Shown here: positions 18,344 through 26,620 of the stretch, in pieces
Numbering within the stretch: the stretch's first letter is position 1
Layout: each line of letters starts with the position of its first letter
NCBI GenBank assembly: GCA_963842085.1
Contig: CAWJET010000001.1
Span: 1,760,001-1,824,000 of the forward strand
Direction of reading: 5' to 3'
DNA length: 64,000 nt
Origin: an uncultured delta proteobacterium
Lineage (GTDB): Bacteria; Desulfobacterota; Binatia; Binatales; Binataceae
Made by a program: the position numbers and the translations under genes
Notes under the pieces: generated by a model
What the model was told of the DNA's origin: nothing
Databases searched by the model: none
Seen by the model: only the letters and a program-made list of their open reading frames with translations

Positions 18344-19144
18344 ATGATAGATCTTCCTTTCTTCATGCCAACTTCCGCACCCAATCACCACGCCTTCACC
18401 GACGCACTCAAGCGCGGCCTCTACGAGGCCATTTTTCGACGCCGCGACATCCGCGAGTTCATCGCCGATCCGATTCCCGACGAGGTGCTCGCGCGGGTGC
18501 TGGTCGCGGCCCACCATGCGGCCAGCGTCGGCTTCACGCAGCCGTGGGACTTCGTCGTCGTGCGCGACCCTGAGCGGCGCCGCCGTGTGAAGGAAGTGTT
18601 CGAAGCCGAGCGTCAGAAGAATGCGGCCCAGTTCAGCGGCGCGCGGCGCGAAAAATATCTCTCGCTCAAGCTCGAGGGCATCCTCGAAGCCCCGCTCAAC
18701 CTGATCGTCACCTGCAAGCCCGATCGCTTTGGCCCCGCCGTGCTCGGCAAGACCAGCATCCGCGACGTCGAGGTTTACTCGGCGTGCCTGGCGGTCGAAA
18801 ATCTGTGGCTCACCGCGCGCGCCGAAGGCCTCGGCATAGGATGGGTCAGTATCCTGCGCAACGACGCGCTCGCCGAAATTTTCGGCATCCCCGATGACGT
18901 CATTCCCATCGCCTATCTGTGCGTCGGCTACGTCCACGAATTTCCCGACCGCCCCATTCTCGCCAGTGCGGATTGGGCACAACGCCTGCCGCCGCGCTCG
19001 TTGATTCACTTCGATTCGTGGAACGACGCCGGCGAGCGCAACTCACCCGCCGCCGAGTCCCTGCTCAAAAAGATCGACGATCACTCCATCTGGATGTCGA
19101 TCTTCCCCGAAGATTCCCCGGACAAACCGCCCTCCCGCGAATGA
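18344..19144 (+). CDS. bluB: 5,6-dimethylbenzimidazole synthase (flavin destructase)
   Basis: LYEAIFRRRDIR, SVGFTQPWDF, YLSLKLEGILEAP, NLWLTARAEGLGIGWVS; cob context; exact start uncertain. Confidence 0.9.
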   Translation: MIDLPFFMPTSAPNHHAFTDALKRGLYEAIFRRRDIREFIADPIPDEVLARVLVAAHHAASVGFTQPWDFVVVRDPERRRRVKEVFEAERQKNAAQFSGARREKYLSLKLEGILEAPLNLIVTCKPDRFGPAVLGKTSIRDVEVYSACLAVENLWLTARAEGLGIGWVSILRNDALAEIFGIPDDVIPIAYLCVGYVHEFPDRPILASADWAQRLPPRSLIHFDSWNDAGERNSPAAESLLKKIDDHSIWMSIFPEDSPDKPPSRE

Positions 19145-19158
19145 CCGCCGCAACCTGG

Positions 19159-19932
19159 TCAGGCGTTGCTGTTCCGAGCTAACGTGCGTAGTCCCCACAA
19201 GACTGTGACGATTACGGCCGCGAATGTGACGATCAGGCTGGAGACTCGCGGATCGTAATAGGAACCGTAGATCGGAAACAGTTGCCAGCTGAGGTTTGAC
19301 GTGGCGTGGAACAGCGCCGCGGCGAATACGCTCTTGCCCGTATTGTTGTACAGCCAGACGATGAGAACACGGAACGCAACCGTGAAGAGACTGTGCCAAG
19401 CGATCCATACCAAAGATCTGTTCGCCTCGATCAACGGCACGAAGTGCCAGGCCGCCCACACCAACCCCAATAGAATGCCGGCCCCGAGCGCGCCCCACCG
19501 ATCCTGCATCGGGTCAGTGATGTATCCCGACCAGCCCAGCTCTTCACCCAAAGCGCTGATGAAGAACGAAGCGAGCATGACGATTGTTCCCAGAACCTTA
19601 AACTGCGGGGCCGGAAGAGGCGCCCCCATCAGGCGCATCAGCCCATACGACAAGGCATAGATGCCGGGCATCAGAAGGATGATCGGCGCATACCAGACCT
19701 TTGCTCTGATTCGCTTGTAGTCGAAGGATCGCTCCAGCAGCTCGGTCACGCCCGCGGTCTTGTTCTCTTTGTAAACGAAAATCAGCGCCGCCGTCATCGG
19801 GCACACGAACATGAGTGCAGCCAGCGGGAGCCCCTGTGACAGCTGTAGCCCCGTCGCGGCGCCGGCTAACCAGAACGGGATAGAGAGCCCGAAAACCAAC
19901 AAGAAGAACTTGAGCGGCGATCTATTGTCCAT
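19159..19932 (-). CDS. CPBP (CAAX protease/Abi) family intramembrane metalloprotease
   Basis: GEELGWSG, WAAWHF, FHATSN motifs; polytopic membrane protein. Confidence 0.88.
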   Translation of the reverse strand: MDNRSPLKFFLLVFGLSIPFWLAGAATGLQLSQGLPLAALMFVCPMTAALIFVYKENKTAGVTELLERSFDYKRIRAKVWYAPIILLMPGIYALSYGLMRLMGAPLPAPQFKVLGTIVMLASFFISALGEELGWSGYITDPMQDRWGALGAGILLGLVWAAWHFVPLIEANRSLVWIAWHSLFTVAFRVLIVWLYNNTGKSVFAAALFHATSNLSWQLFPIYGSYYDPRVSSLIVTFAAVIVTVLWGLRTLARNSNA

Positions 19933-20031
19933 ATCGTGTCAGAGTTTCATGATCTCGCCATGACGCGTGTTGCATCTGGTCCTGAGACTTTTGGCGCCCG
20001 AACTTCTTGAGCTTCATAACACTACGAAACA

Positions 20032-21573
20032 GTGAAAAGAGAACCCAATGCTCTGACGTCGCAACGCCCGGATTGGCGCCTCGTCGGCGGCTTCGCGGCG
20101 CTTACCATCCTGATCCATTTCCTGACTAACGGCGCCTACGGATATTTCCGCGACGAGTTGTATTTCATTGACTGCGGCAACCATCTGGCGTGGGGATACG
20201 TCGATCTGCCGCCGATGGTCGCGCTGGTCGCCAGGCTGAGCCGCGCCACGATGGGCGACTCGCTCTTTGCAATCCGGTTTTTTCCGGCGCTGGCCGGCGG
20301 CGCGACCGTCGCCATCGCCGGCATCCTCGCATGGGAATTCGGCGGCGGCCGTTTCGCGCAAGCGCTCGCGATGCTGGCGGCGATGCTTGCTCCGATCTAC
20401 CTCGCGCTCGGCAACCTGCTCACGATGAACGCCTTCGATCCGATCTTCTGGATGGGATGCGTGTGGGCGCTGATTCGGTTGATCAAGAGCGGCGATCCGC
20501 GATGGTGGCTGATATTCGGCGCGTCGGCGGGACTCGGGCTCGAGAACAAGGAGTCGATAGTTTTCCTTGGCTTCGGCATCGTCGCCGGACTCGCGCTGGT
20601 GCCGGAGCGCAAGCTGATGTTCAACCGATGGTTCGTGCTTGGCGGCATCGTCGCGTCGTTGCTCTTCATGCCGACGCTGGTCTGGCAGGCGATGCACCAC
20701 TTTCCGATGTACGAGGAACTGACCAACGTCAAAGCCAGCACCAAGAACGCGCCCATGACGCTGCTCAGCTTCTTCGGCGCGCAAACGCTTTTGATGTCGC
20801 CGCCTTCGGTCGTTCTCTGGGTAAGCGGCCTCTACTTCCTCCTGGTCTCGGCGCGCGGCCATCAGTTCCGCACGATAGGAATCGCCTATCTCGTGATCTA
20901 CGTCACTTTCGTGCTGATGAAGGGCAAGGTCTATTACATCGCGCCATTCTTCCCGGTCCTGTTGGGCGCGGGCGCAGTTCAACTCGAATCGATCGCTGCG
21001 CGCGGGTGGCGTCCCGCGATTCGCTATGCGCTTCCCGCCGTGATCCTCATCGTCGGCCTGATTGTTGCGCCTCTGGCGATTCCGGTGTTACCGGTCGAAA
21101 CCTTCATACGCTATCAGCGCGCACTCGGCATTGAGGTTAAAACTGAGACTCGCAAGACGACCGACCTGCCGCAAAACTATGCCGACATGTTCGGATGGCC
21201 CGAGATGACCGCGACGGTCGCGAAGGTCTACGATTCACTACCTCCGGACCAGCTCGCCAGCACCACGATCTTCGCCCAGAACTACGGCGAGGCCGGCGCG
21301 ATCGATTTCTTCGGCCCGCGCTACGGCCTGCCTAAGGCAATCAGCGGCCACATGAGCTATTACATCTGGGGCCCCGGCAATCGCGATGCCAACGTCGTGA
21401 TCGCCATCGGCGCAGGCGAACCAACCTTGAAGCGCCTCTTCGCAAGCGTCGAGCAGGTAGCAACAACAGGCACCAAATACTCGATGCCAGACGAACACGT
21501 CCCGGTCTACCTATGCCGCAACCCAAAGCTCTCGCTCAAGCAAATGTGGCCGCTGGCAAAAGTCTATCGCTAG
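20032..21573 (+). CDS. GT39/ArnT-like (PMT_2) membrane glycosyltransferase
   Basis: YGYFRDELYF, LAWGYVDLPP, NYGEAGAIDF, SGHMSYYIWG; many TM helices. Confidence 0.85.
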   Translation: MKREPNALTSQRPDWRLVGGFAALTILIHFLTNGAYGYFRDELYFIDCGNHLAWGYVDLPPMVALVARLSRATMGDSLFAIRFFPALAGGATVAIAGILAWEFGGGRFAQALAMLAAMLAPIYLALGNLLTMNAFDPIFWMGCVWALIRLIKSGDPRWWLIFGASAGLGLENKESIVFLGFGIVAGLALVPERKLMFNRWFVLGGIVASLLFMPTLVWQAMHHFPMYEELTNVKASTKNAPMTLLSFFGAQTLLMSPPSVVLWVSGLYFLLVSARGHQFRTIGIAYLVIYVTFVLMKGKVYYIAPFFPVLLGAGAVQLESIAARGWRPAIRYALPAVILIVGLIVAPLAIPVLPVETFIRYQRALGIEVKTETRKTTDLPQNYADMFGWPEMTATVAKVYDSLPPDQLASTTIFAQNYGEAGAIDFFGPRYGLPKAISGHMSYYIWGPGNRDANVVIAIGAGEPTLKRLFASVEQVATTGTKYSMPDEHVPVYLCRNPKLSLKQMWPLAKVYR

Positions 21574-21720
21574 AAATGCGCCACAGAGCAGTGCTTCAAA
21601 GCGTGCTCGACGGGGCGCATCAACGCGATTGCTCACGTGGCCGGCAAATGAATTCTCGCCGACCGAGCACCGCGATCGCGTCCTTGTAAGCTGCCGCCGA
21701 GCATGATGCGATCACGCGGC

Positions 21721-22785
21721 ATGTCTTTGCTCAAACAAACTATCGCCTCGATCCTTCCGCTCGACAACGAAGCGGCGTGGGCCGCCGACGCGCGCCTGAA
21801 CTCTCTCACCAAGCCGCCCGGCAGCCTCGGCCATCTCGAGGAACTCGTGCGCCGCTACGCCGCAATCCGCCACGACGAGTCGGTGAAATCCGGGCGCGGC
21901 GCAATCGCCGTCTTCGTCGCCGATCACGGCGTCGCGGACGAGGGCGTCAGCGCGTTTCCGCAGGCCGTCACCGCCGAGATGCTTCGCAATATCGCCGCCG
22001 GCGGCGCCGCGATCAGCGTGCTCGCGCGTCGCTTCGGCTACGCGCTCAAAGTCGTCGATGTAGGCGTCAAAACCGATACCAGCGCCCAGCCGCTTAAGGG
22101 CGTGACTTATCGTCGCGTCGGCGCCGGCACCCGCAACTTTTTAGACGGCCCGGCGATGACGCCCGAAGAGACCACGCGCGCACTCGAAATCGGAATCGAA
22201 ATCGCTCGCGAGCTAGCCGATAGCGGCGCGACGCTTATCGGCATCGGCGAGATGGGAATTGCGAACAGCACGCCCGCCGCCGCAATCCTCTGCGCGCTGA
22301 CCGCAATCCCGCCCGACTTGATAGTGGGACGCGGCACCGGCCTCGACGACGCCGGCGTCCGCCGCAAAATCGAAGTGGTCACGCGCGCGCTCGAGATTCA
22401 TCGCGACGCGCTGGCATCGGGCGAATCGATGCTGGCGGCGCTCGGCGGTTTCGAGATAGCCGCGATGGCCGGGGTGTGCATCGGCGGCGCGGCATTCAAC
22501 GTCCCGGTGGTGGTTGACGGTTATATCGCGACGGCCGCCGCCGCGGTCGCGGAGAAGATTCATCCTCGGCTGTTCGATCATCTTTTTTTCAGCCATCGCT
22601 CGGCCGAAGGCGGGCATGCGCTCGCGCTCGATCATTTCAAGCTCCGTCCAGTTCTCGATCTGGACCTCAGACTCGGCGAGGGCACCGGCGCCGCGCTCGC
22701 GATGAACGTGATCGACTCCGCGCTCGACCTGCTCCACAACATGGCGACCTTCGCGGGCGCCGGCGTGTCCGGCAAAGTGCGATGA
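21721..22785 (+). CDS. cobT: Nicotinate-nucleotide-dimethylbenzimidazole phosphoribosyltransferase
   Basis: LTKPPGSLG, ADHGV, GEMGIANST, GGFEI, LRLGEGTGA. Confidence 0.96.
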   Translation: MSLLKQTIASILPLDNEAAWAADARLNSLTKPPGSLGHLEELVRRYAAIRHDESVKSGRGAIAVFVADHGVADEGVSAFPQAVTAEMLRNIAAGGAAISVLARRFGYALKVVDVGVKTDTSAQPLKGVTYRRVGAGTRNFLDGPAMTPEETTRALEIGIEIARELADSGATLIGIGEMGIANSTPAAAILCALTAIPPDLIVGRGTGLDDAGVRRKIEVVTRALEIHRDALASGESMLAALGGFEIAAMAGVCIGGAAFNVPVVVDGYIATAAAAVAEKIHPRLFDHLFFSHRSAEGGHALALDHFKLRPVLDLDLRLGEGTGAALAMNVIDSALDLLHNMATFAGAGVSGKVR

Positions 22786-23552
22786 GCGACGACGCCTGCG
22801 CGCCGTCCGGCGGGCTCCCGACCGAACTGCGGCTCGCATTAAGCTTCCTCACGATCGTTCCGGTGATCGATCAGCGTCGCGCATCCGAGGATACCGTCGC
22901 CGCATCGTTCGCATGGTTCCCGATTGTCGGATTCGTCCTCGGCGCCGCGCTAGCCGCTGAGGATTGGCTGCTCGCTCAAATTTTCGCGCAAGTGATTCGC
23001 TCGGTTCTCATCATCGTCTCGCTCACCGTCATCACCGGCGCGGTTCATCTGGACGGACTGGCGGACACGGCCGACGCACTCGGCGCGGGACGCGACCGCG
23101 AGCGCGCCCTCGACATCCTCCGCGACAGCCGCGTCGGGACGTTCGGCGCAAGCGCAATTTTCTTCGACCTCACGCTGAAAATTCTCGCGCTCTCGACGCT
23201 CGCCGGCTATCGCCGGTACGCCGCTCTGCTTTTGGCACCGATGCTCGCACGGTGGGCGATGGTGCTGGTCGCATCTGGACTGCCGTATCTGCGCGCCTCC
23301 GGCGCAGGCTCGACGCTGCTCAGCAGCAAAAGACTGGGTTCGCGCGTTGTCTTCGTCGCGATTTTTACGATCGTCGCGATGCTGATGCTTGGCGGGTTGC
23401 GCACGACCGCGCTGGCGACATTGGTCGCAATCGCAATCGTGTTCGCGATGCGATTGTTCTACCGGCGATGGCTGGGCGGAGTGTCGGGCGACTTGATCGG
23501 CGCCTGCGGCGAGCTGGTCGAGATCGCCGTCCTCGTCACGATGGCATCGTGA
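22782..23552 (+). CDS. cobS: Cobalamin-5'-phosphate synthase
   Basis: TGAVHLDGLADTADA, LRDSRVGTFG, GGVSGDLIGA; overlaps cobT stop. Confidence 0.95.
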   Translation: MSDDACAPSGGLPTELRLALSFLTIVPVIDQRRASEDTVAASFAWFPIVGFVLGAALAAEDWLLAQIFAQVIRSVLIIVSLTVITGAVHLDGLADTADALGAGRDRERALDILRDSRVGTFGASAIFFDLTLKILALSTLAGYRRYAALLLAPMLARWAMVLVASGLPYLRASGAGSTLLSSKRLGSRVVFVAIFTIVAMLMLGGLRTTALATLVAIAIVFAMRLFYRRWLGGVSGDLIGACGELVEIAVLVTMAS

Positions 23553-23555
23553 CGG

Positions 23556-24077
23556 CTATTTCACCCTGAGCGGATATCCCGTAACCATCAGCAGCACCTG
23601 GTCCGCGACGGCCGCGACTCTCTGATTGGTCCATCCCAACAGGTCGCGGAACCGGCGCGACTCCGCATGATCCGTCGGCACGATTCCCGCTCCAACTTCA
23701 TCGGTCACGACGATGCTCGCGAACGGTGCATTCGTCAGCGCCGCCGCGAGCTTGTCCGCCTCGGCGAGAATCGTCCCGTCGTCCGTCCCGTGCCGCTGCA
23801 TCAGGTTGGAGATCCACAGCGTCAGGCAATCGAGCACGACCAAGTCGGCGCCGGTGCGGAGCTTCTCGAGCGCAGCGACAACCTGCACCGGCTCCTCGAC
23901 GGTTTGAAAGTCCGGCGGCCGCGTGGTGCGATGAAATTCGATTCGCGCCGACATTTCGTCGTCGAGCGCCTGCCCGGTCGCGACGAAGAATTTTCGTTGA
24001 TACGGGAGCGCGAGCTTCAACGCCTGCATGCTCTTGCCGCTGCGCGCGCCGCCGGTGATTAGCGTGATCGTGCCCAT
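23556..24077 (-). CDS. cobU: Adenosylcobinamide kinase / cobinamide-phosphate guanylyltransferase
   Basis: LITGGARSGKS, DDEMSARIEFH, LDCLTLWISN, EVGAGIVP, FRDLLG. Confidence 0.95.
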   Translation of the reverse strand: MGTITLITGGARSGKSMQALKLALPYQRKFFVATGQALDDEMSARIEFHRTTRPPDFQTVEEPVQVVAALEKLRTGADLVVLDCLTLWISNLMQRHGTDDGTILAEADKLAAALTNAPFASIVVTDEVGAGIVPTDHAESRRFRDLLGWTNQRVAAVADQVLLMVTGYPLRVK

Positions 24078-24143
24078 GCGAATCATCAAGCCTACACGAT
24101 CGCGTCGCACGTGACGAAAATTTTCGCTCGACTCGAACTCGGG

Positions 24144-24172
24144 TTGACTGCACGCGGTACCGCGCGTAACGT
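24144..24172 (+). promoter_or_regulatory. Sigma70-type promoter upstream of the riboswitch
   Basis: TTGACT (24144-24149), 17-nt spacer, TAACGT (24167-24172). Confidence 0.55.
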
Positions 24173-24181
24173 CTGCGACGC

Positions 24182-24315
24182 ACCCGGTGCACGGGAAGCC
24201 GGTTCAAATCCGGCGCTGCCCCGCAACTGTGTGGGGGGACGACGGCCCATCACGCCACCGCTTGAGCGGGAAGGCGGGCCCGAGGAGGAACCCCAAGCCA
24301 GGAGACCGGCCGGGT
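24182..24315 (+). ncRNA. Cobalamin riboswitch
   Basis: GGGAAGCCGGT..AAATCCGGCGCTGCCCCGCAACTGT...GCCAC...GGGAAGGC...AAGCCAGGAGACCGGCC (B12 box); lies upstream of a TonB receptor. Confidence 0.93.
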
Positions 24316-24368
24316 CACGAACTGTCTGCCTTCCGCGGGGAGGGTGGCCTCAGGCACGAATTTCCTGA

Positions 24369-24408
24369 AGCCCGATCCCTCGATTCGCGAGGGGTCGGGT
24401 TTTTTCTT
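24369..24408 (+). terminator. Intrinsic terminator serving as riboswitch expression platform
   Basis: CCCGATCCCTCG-ATTCG-CGAGGGGTCGGG followed by TTTTTTCTT, before the receptor start. Confidence 0.85.
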
Positions 24409-24459
24409 GCCTGATCGCTCCTCCGCGTGCGCGGCAGCCTTTGAACTCGGAGGGAGTTC

Positions 24460-26508
24460 ATGCGGTCTTTTAATTGGATCCTGCCAACGATAGTCGCGTT
24501 AACGCTTTTAGTGCCGATCGCACATGCCGAGCAGCCTGCGTCCGCGCCTTCAGCGTCGCAGACCCGGAACAAAAAACCAGTGCCGGCAAAGAAGAAAGCC
24601 CATCCGCCGACGACGAAGCAGGAGGCGCAGAAGTTGACTCCGGTGGTCGTCACGGCGACGCGAATCCCACAGCCGATCGCCGATATCGGTACGACGATCA
24701 CGGTCGTCGAAGACCCGCAAATCCAGGAGCAGAAGATCGGCCGGGTCGAGAACGTGCTGCGCGAGGTGCCCGGCGTGCAGGTTACACAAAGCGGCTCGCC
24801 TGGCGCGGAGACCGACGTCTCGATTCGCGGTGCGACGCCGTCGCAGACGCTGGTGCTTGTGGATGGGGTCGAAGTAAACGCGGGCGCGACCGGCAGCTTC
24901 GACCTGGCCAACCTGACTACGGACAACCTCGATCGCGTCGAGATTTTGCGCGGTGCGGGCGGTTCGCTGTACGGCTCGCAGGCTATAGGCGGCGTCGTCA
25001 ACGTGCTGTCGCAGGAAGGCGAGGGCCCGCCGACGGCGAGCCTGCTTTCAGGCGGCGGCAATCGCGCGACCAGCGAGCAGGTCGCGACCGTCAGCGGCGC
25101 CGAGGGAAATCTCGGCTATTCCGGCGCCGTGTCGTACTTCTCGACCGACGGGTTTCGTCCGGTCAACGACAACTCCGACAATCTCGCGCTCAACGGGCGG
25201 CTCGACTACCACTTTGGCGACGACACCGTGCTCCGGGGCTTCGCGCGTTACATCGCGTCGAACGTGAGCCTGCCGAACTTCAACGTTTTTTCAGGGTCTG
25301 ACCTCGACCCAACCGCGCATGAGCGCAATGAGTTCATGCTGTTCAAGGGCGAAATCGAGCATCACTTCGGCGAGAAGTTGCTGGTGCGCACTAACTCGTT
25401 TTTCGTGCGCCAGGATCAGCGTACGACGTCAGTTCCGTATCAGGGCGCGATGAGCAGCGAGGAGGATCGCATCCCCGACGAGACTCGCGGCGGACTTATC
25501 GAGGCGCTCTACACCTGGGGCGCCGGCTTTCGCACGCTGGCAGGATTCGAGTTCAGGGATTTGTGGGTCCGCTCGGATAGCATCTCGACGTTCCTGAACT
25601 TCGCCCCGCCTCCCCACTTCTCCACGTCGACCAGCCTGTACCGCGCGCGCCGCCAGGAATACGCGGGTTACCTCGAGCAGGAAGGCAGTTTTTTCAACGG
25701 CCACGTTCTGCTGACTGGCGGATTTCGCGTCGATGGCAACAGCCAGTTCGGCAAGGAGGTCAGCCCTGCGTGGTCGGTCGCGATTCCGATTACCCAAATC
25801 TCGACCACCTTGCGCGGCAGTTACAGCGAAGGCTTTCGCGCGCCGGCATTCGACGAGCTGTACTTCCCGAACTTCGGCAATCCCAATCTGAAGCCCGAGA
25901 TTTCGAGCGAGTACGACGGCGGATTCACCACCAATTTCGGCGAGCGTGCGTCTTTCACCGCGACCTATTTCTCGCGCCGCGTGAAGAACCTGATTGTCAC
26001 AGTGCCGTGCCCGTCGTGCCTCTTCGGTTCGGAAGCGGGCAATGCGGCGCGCGTTGATGTGCAAGGGGTGGAGATCGTGCCGAGTCTGACGCTCGTCAAG
26101 GGGCTCACGCTCAGCGGCAACGTGACTGTTCTCGACGAGACTCACGCCGATGCGGCCGGCTCAACGGCGGCACCCCTGCGCGTGGCAAAGCATACGGCAT
26201 CGGCGCTGCTGCAATACGTGCGGAGCGCGAATTTTCTTCCGCACGATCGGATCACAGCCAGCGTGAACTACATCTTCATCGGCGATCGCGACGACATCAC
26301 GGTCGAGTCCACGGTCGCGAATCACTCTGCGTACAGCCTCGTGAACGCGGTCGTCTCGTACGCGATGGGAATCCCGCTCAAGCATGTGCGCAACGAGGAA
26401 ATTTTCACGCGCGTGAATAACTTCATGGACCGCGACTATTCGGAGGCGTTCGGATTCAAAGCGCCGACGATTAACGTGCTGGCGGGGGTGAAGCTGGATT
26501 TCGACTAG
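24460..26508 (+). CDS. btuB: TonB-dependent corrinoid receptor (BtuB-like)
   Basis: Signal peptide, TonB-box-like VVVTATR, plug motif RVEILRGAGGSLYGSQAIGGVVN, beta-barrel; B12 riboswitch leader. Confidence 0.88.
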   Translation: MRSFNWILPTIVALTLLVPIAHAEQPASAPSASQTRNKKPVPAKKKAHPPTTKQEAQKLTPVVVTATRIPQPIADIGTTITVVEDPQIQEQKIGRVENVLREVPGVQVTQSGSPGAETDVSIRGATPSQTLVLVDGVEVNAGATGSFDLANLTTDNLDRVEILRGAGGSLYGSQAIGGVVNVLSQEGEGPPTASLLSGGGNRATSEQVATVSGAEGNLGYSGAVSYFSTDGFRPVNDNSDNLALNGRLDYHFGDDTVLRGFARYIASNVSLPNFNVFSGSDLDPTAHERNEFMLFKGEIEHHFGEKLLVRTNSFFVRQDQRTTSVPYQGAMSSEEDRIPDETRGGLIEALYTWGAGFRTLAGFEFRDLWVRSDSISTFLNFAPPPHFSTSTSLYRARRQEYAGYLEQEGSFFNGHVLLTGGFRVDGNSQFGKEVSPAWSVAIPITQISTTLRGSYSEGFRAPAFDELYFPNFGNPNLKPEISSEYDGGFTTNFGERASFTATYFSRRVKNLIVTVPCPSCLFGSEAGNAARVDVQGVEIVPSLTLVKGLTLSGNVTVLDETHADAAGSTAAPLRVAKHTASALLQYVRSANFLPHDRITASVNYIFIGDRDDITVESTVANHSAYSLVNAVVSYAMGIPLKHVRNEEIFTRVNNFMDRDYSEAFGFKAPTINVLAGVKLDFD

Positions 26509-26517
26509 GCCTGCTTC

Positions 26518-26606
26518 TTGTCATTCTGAGCGGAGCGAAGGAATCCCGGTAACTGTGCGAAGGCAAGTATCACATCCGGGATTCTTTGCTTCGCTCAGAA
26601 TGACAA
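26518..26606. repeat. REP-like palindromic intergenic element
   Basis: TTGTCATTCTGAGCGGAGCGAAGGAATCCCGG ... CCGGGATTCTTTGCTTCGCTCAGAATGACAA long inverted repeat between convergent btuB and glnE. Confidence 0.85.
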
Positions 26607-26620
26607 AGTGGACGCGCGCA

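Noticed and set aside
19159-19932. Abi-family name suggesting phage defence
   Set aside because: CPBP proteases are not established abortive-infection systems, and there is no defence context
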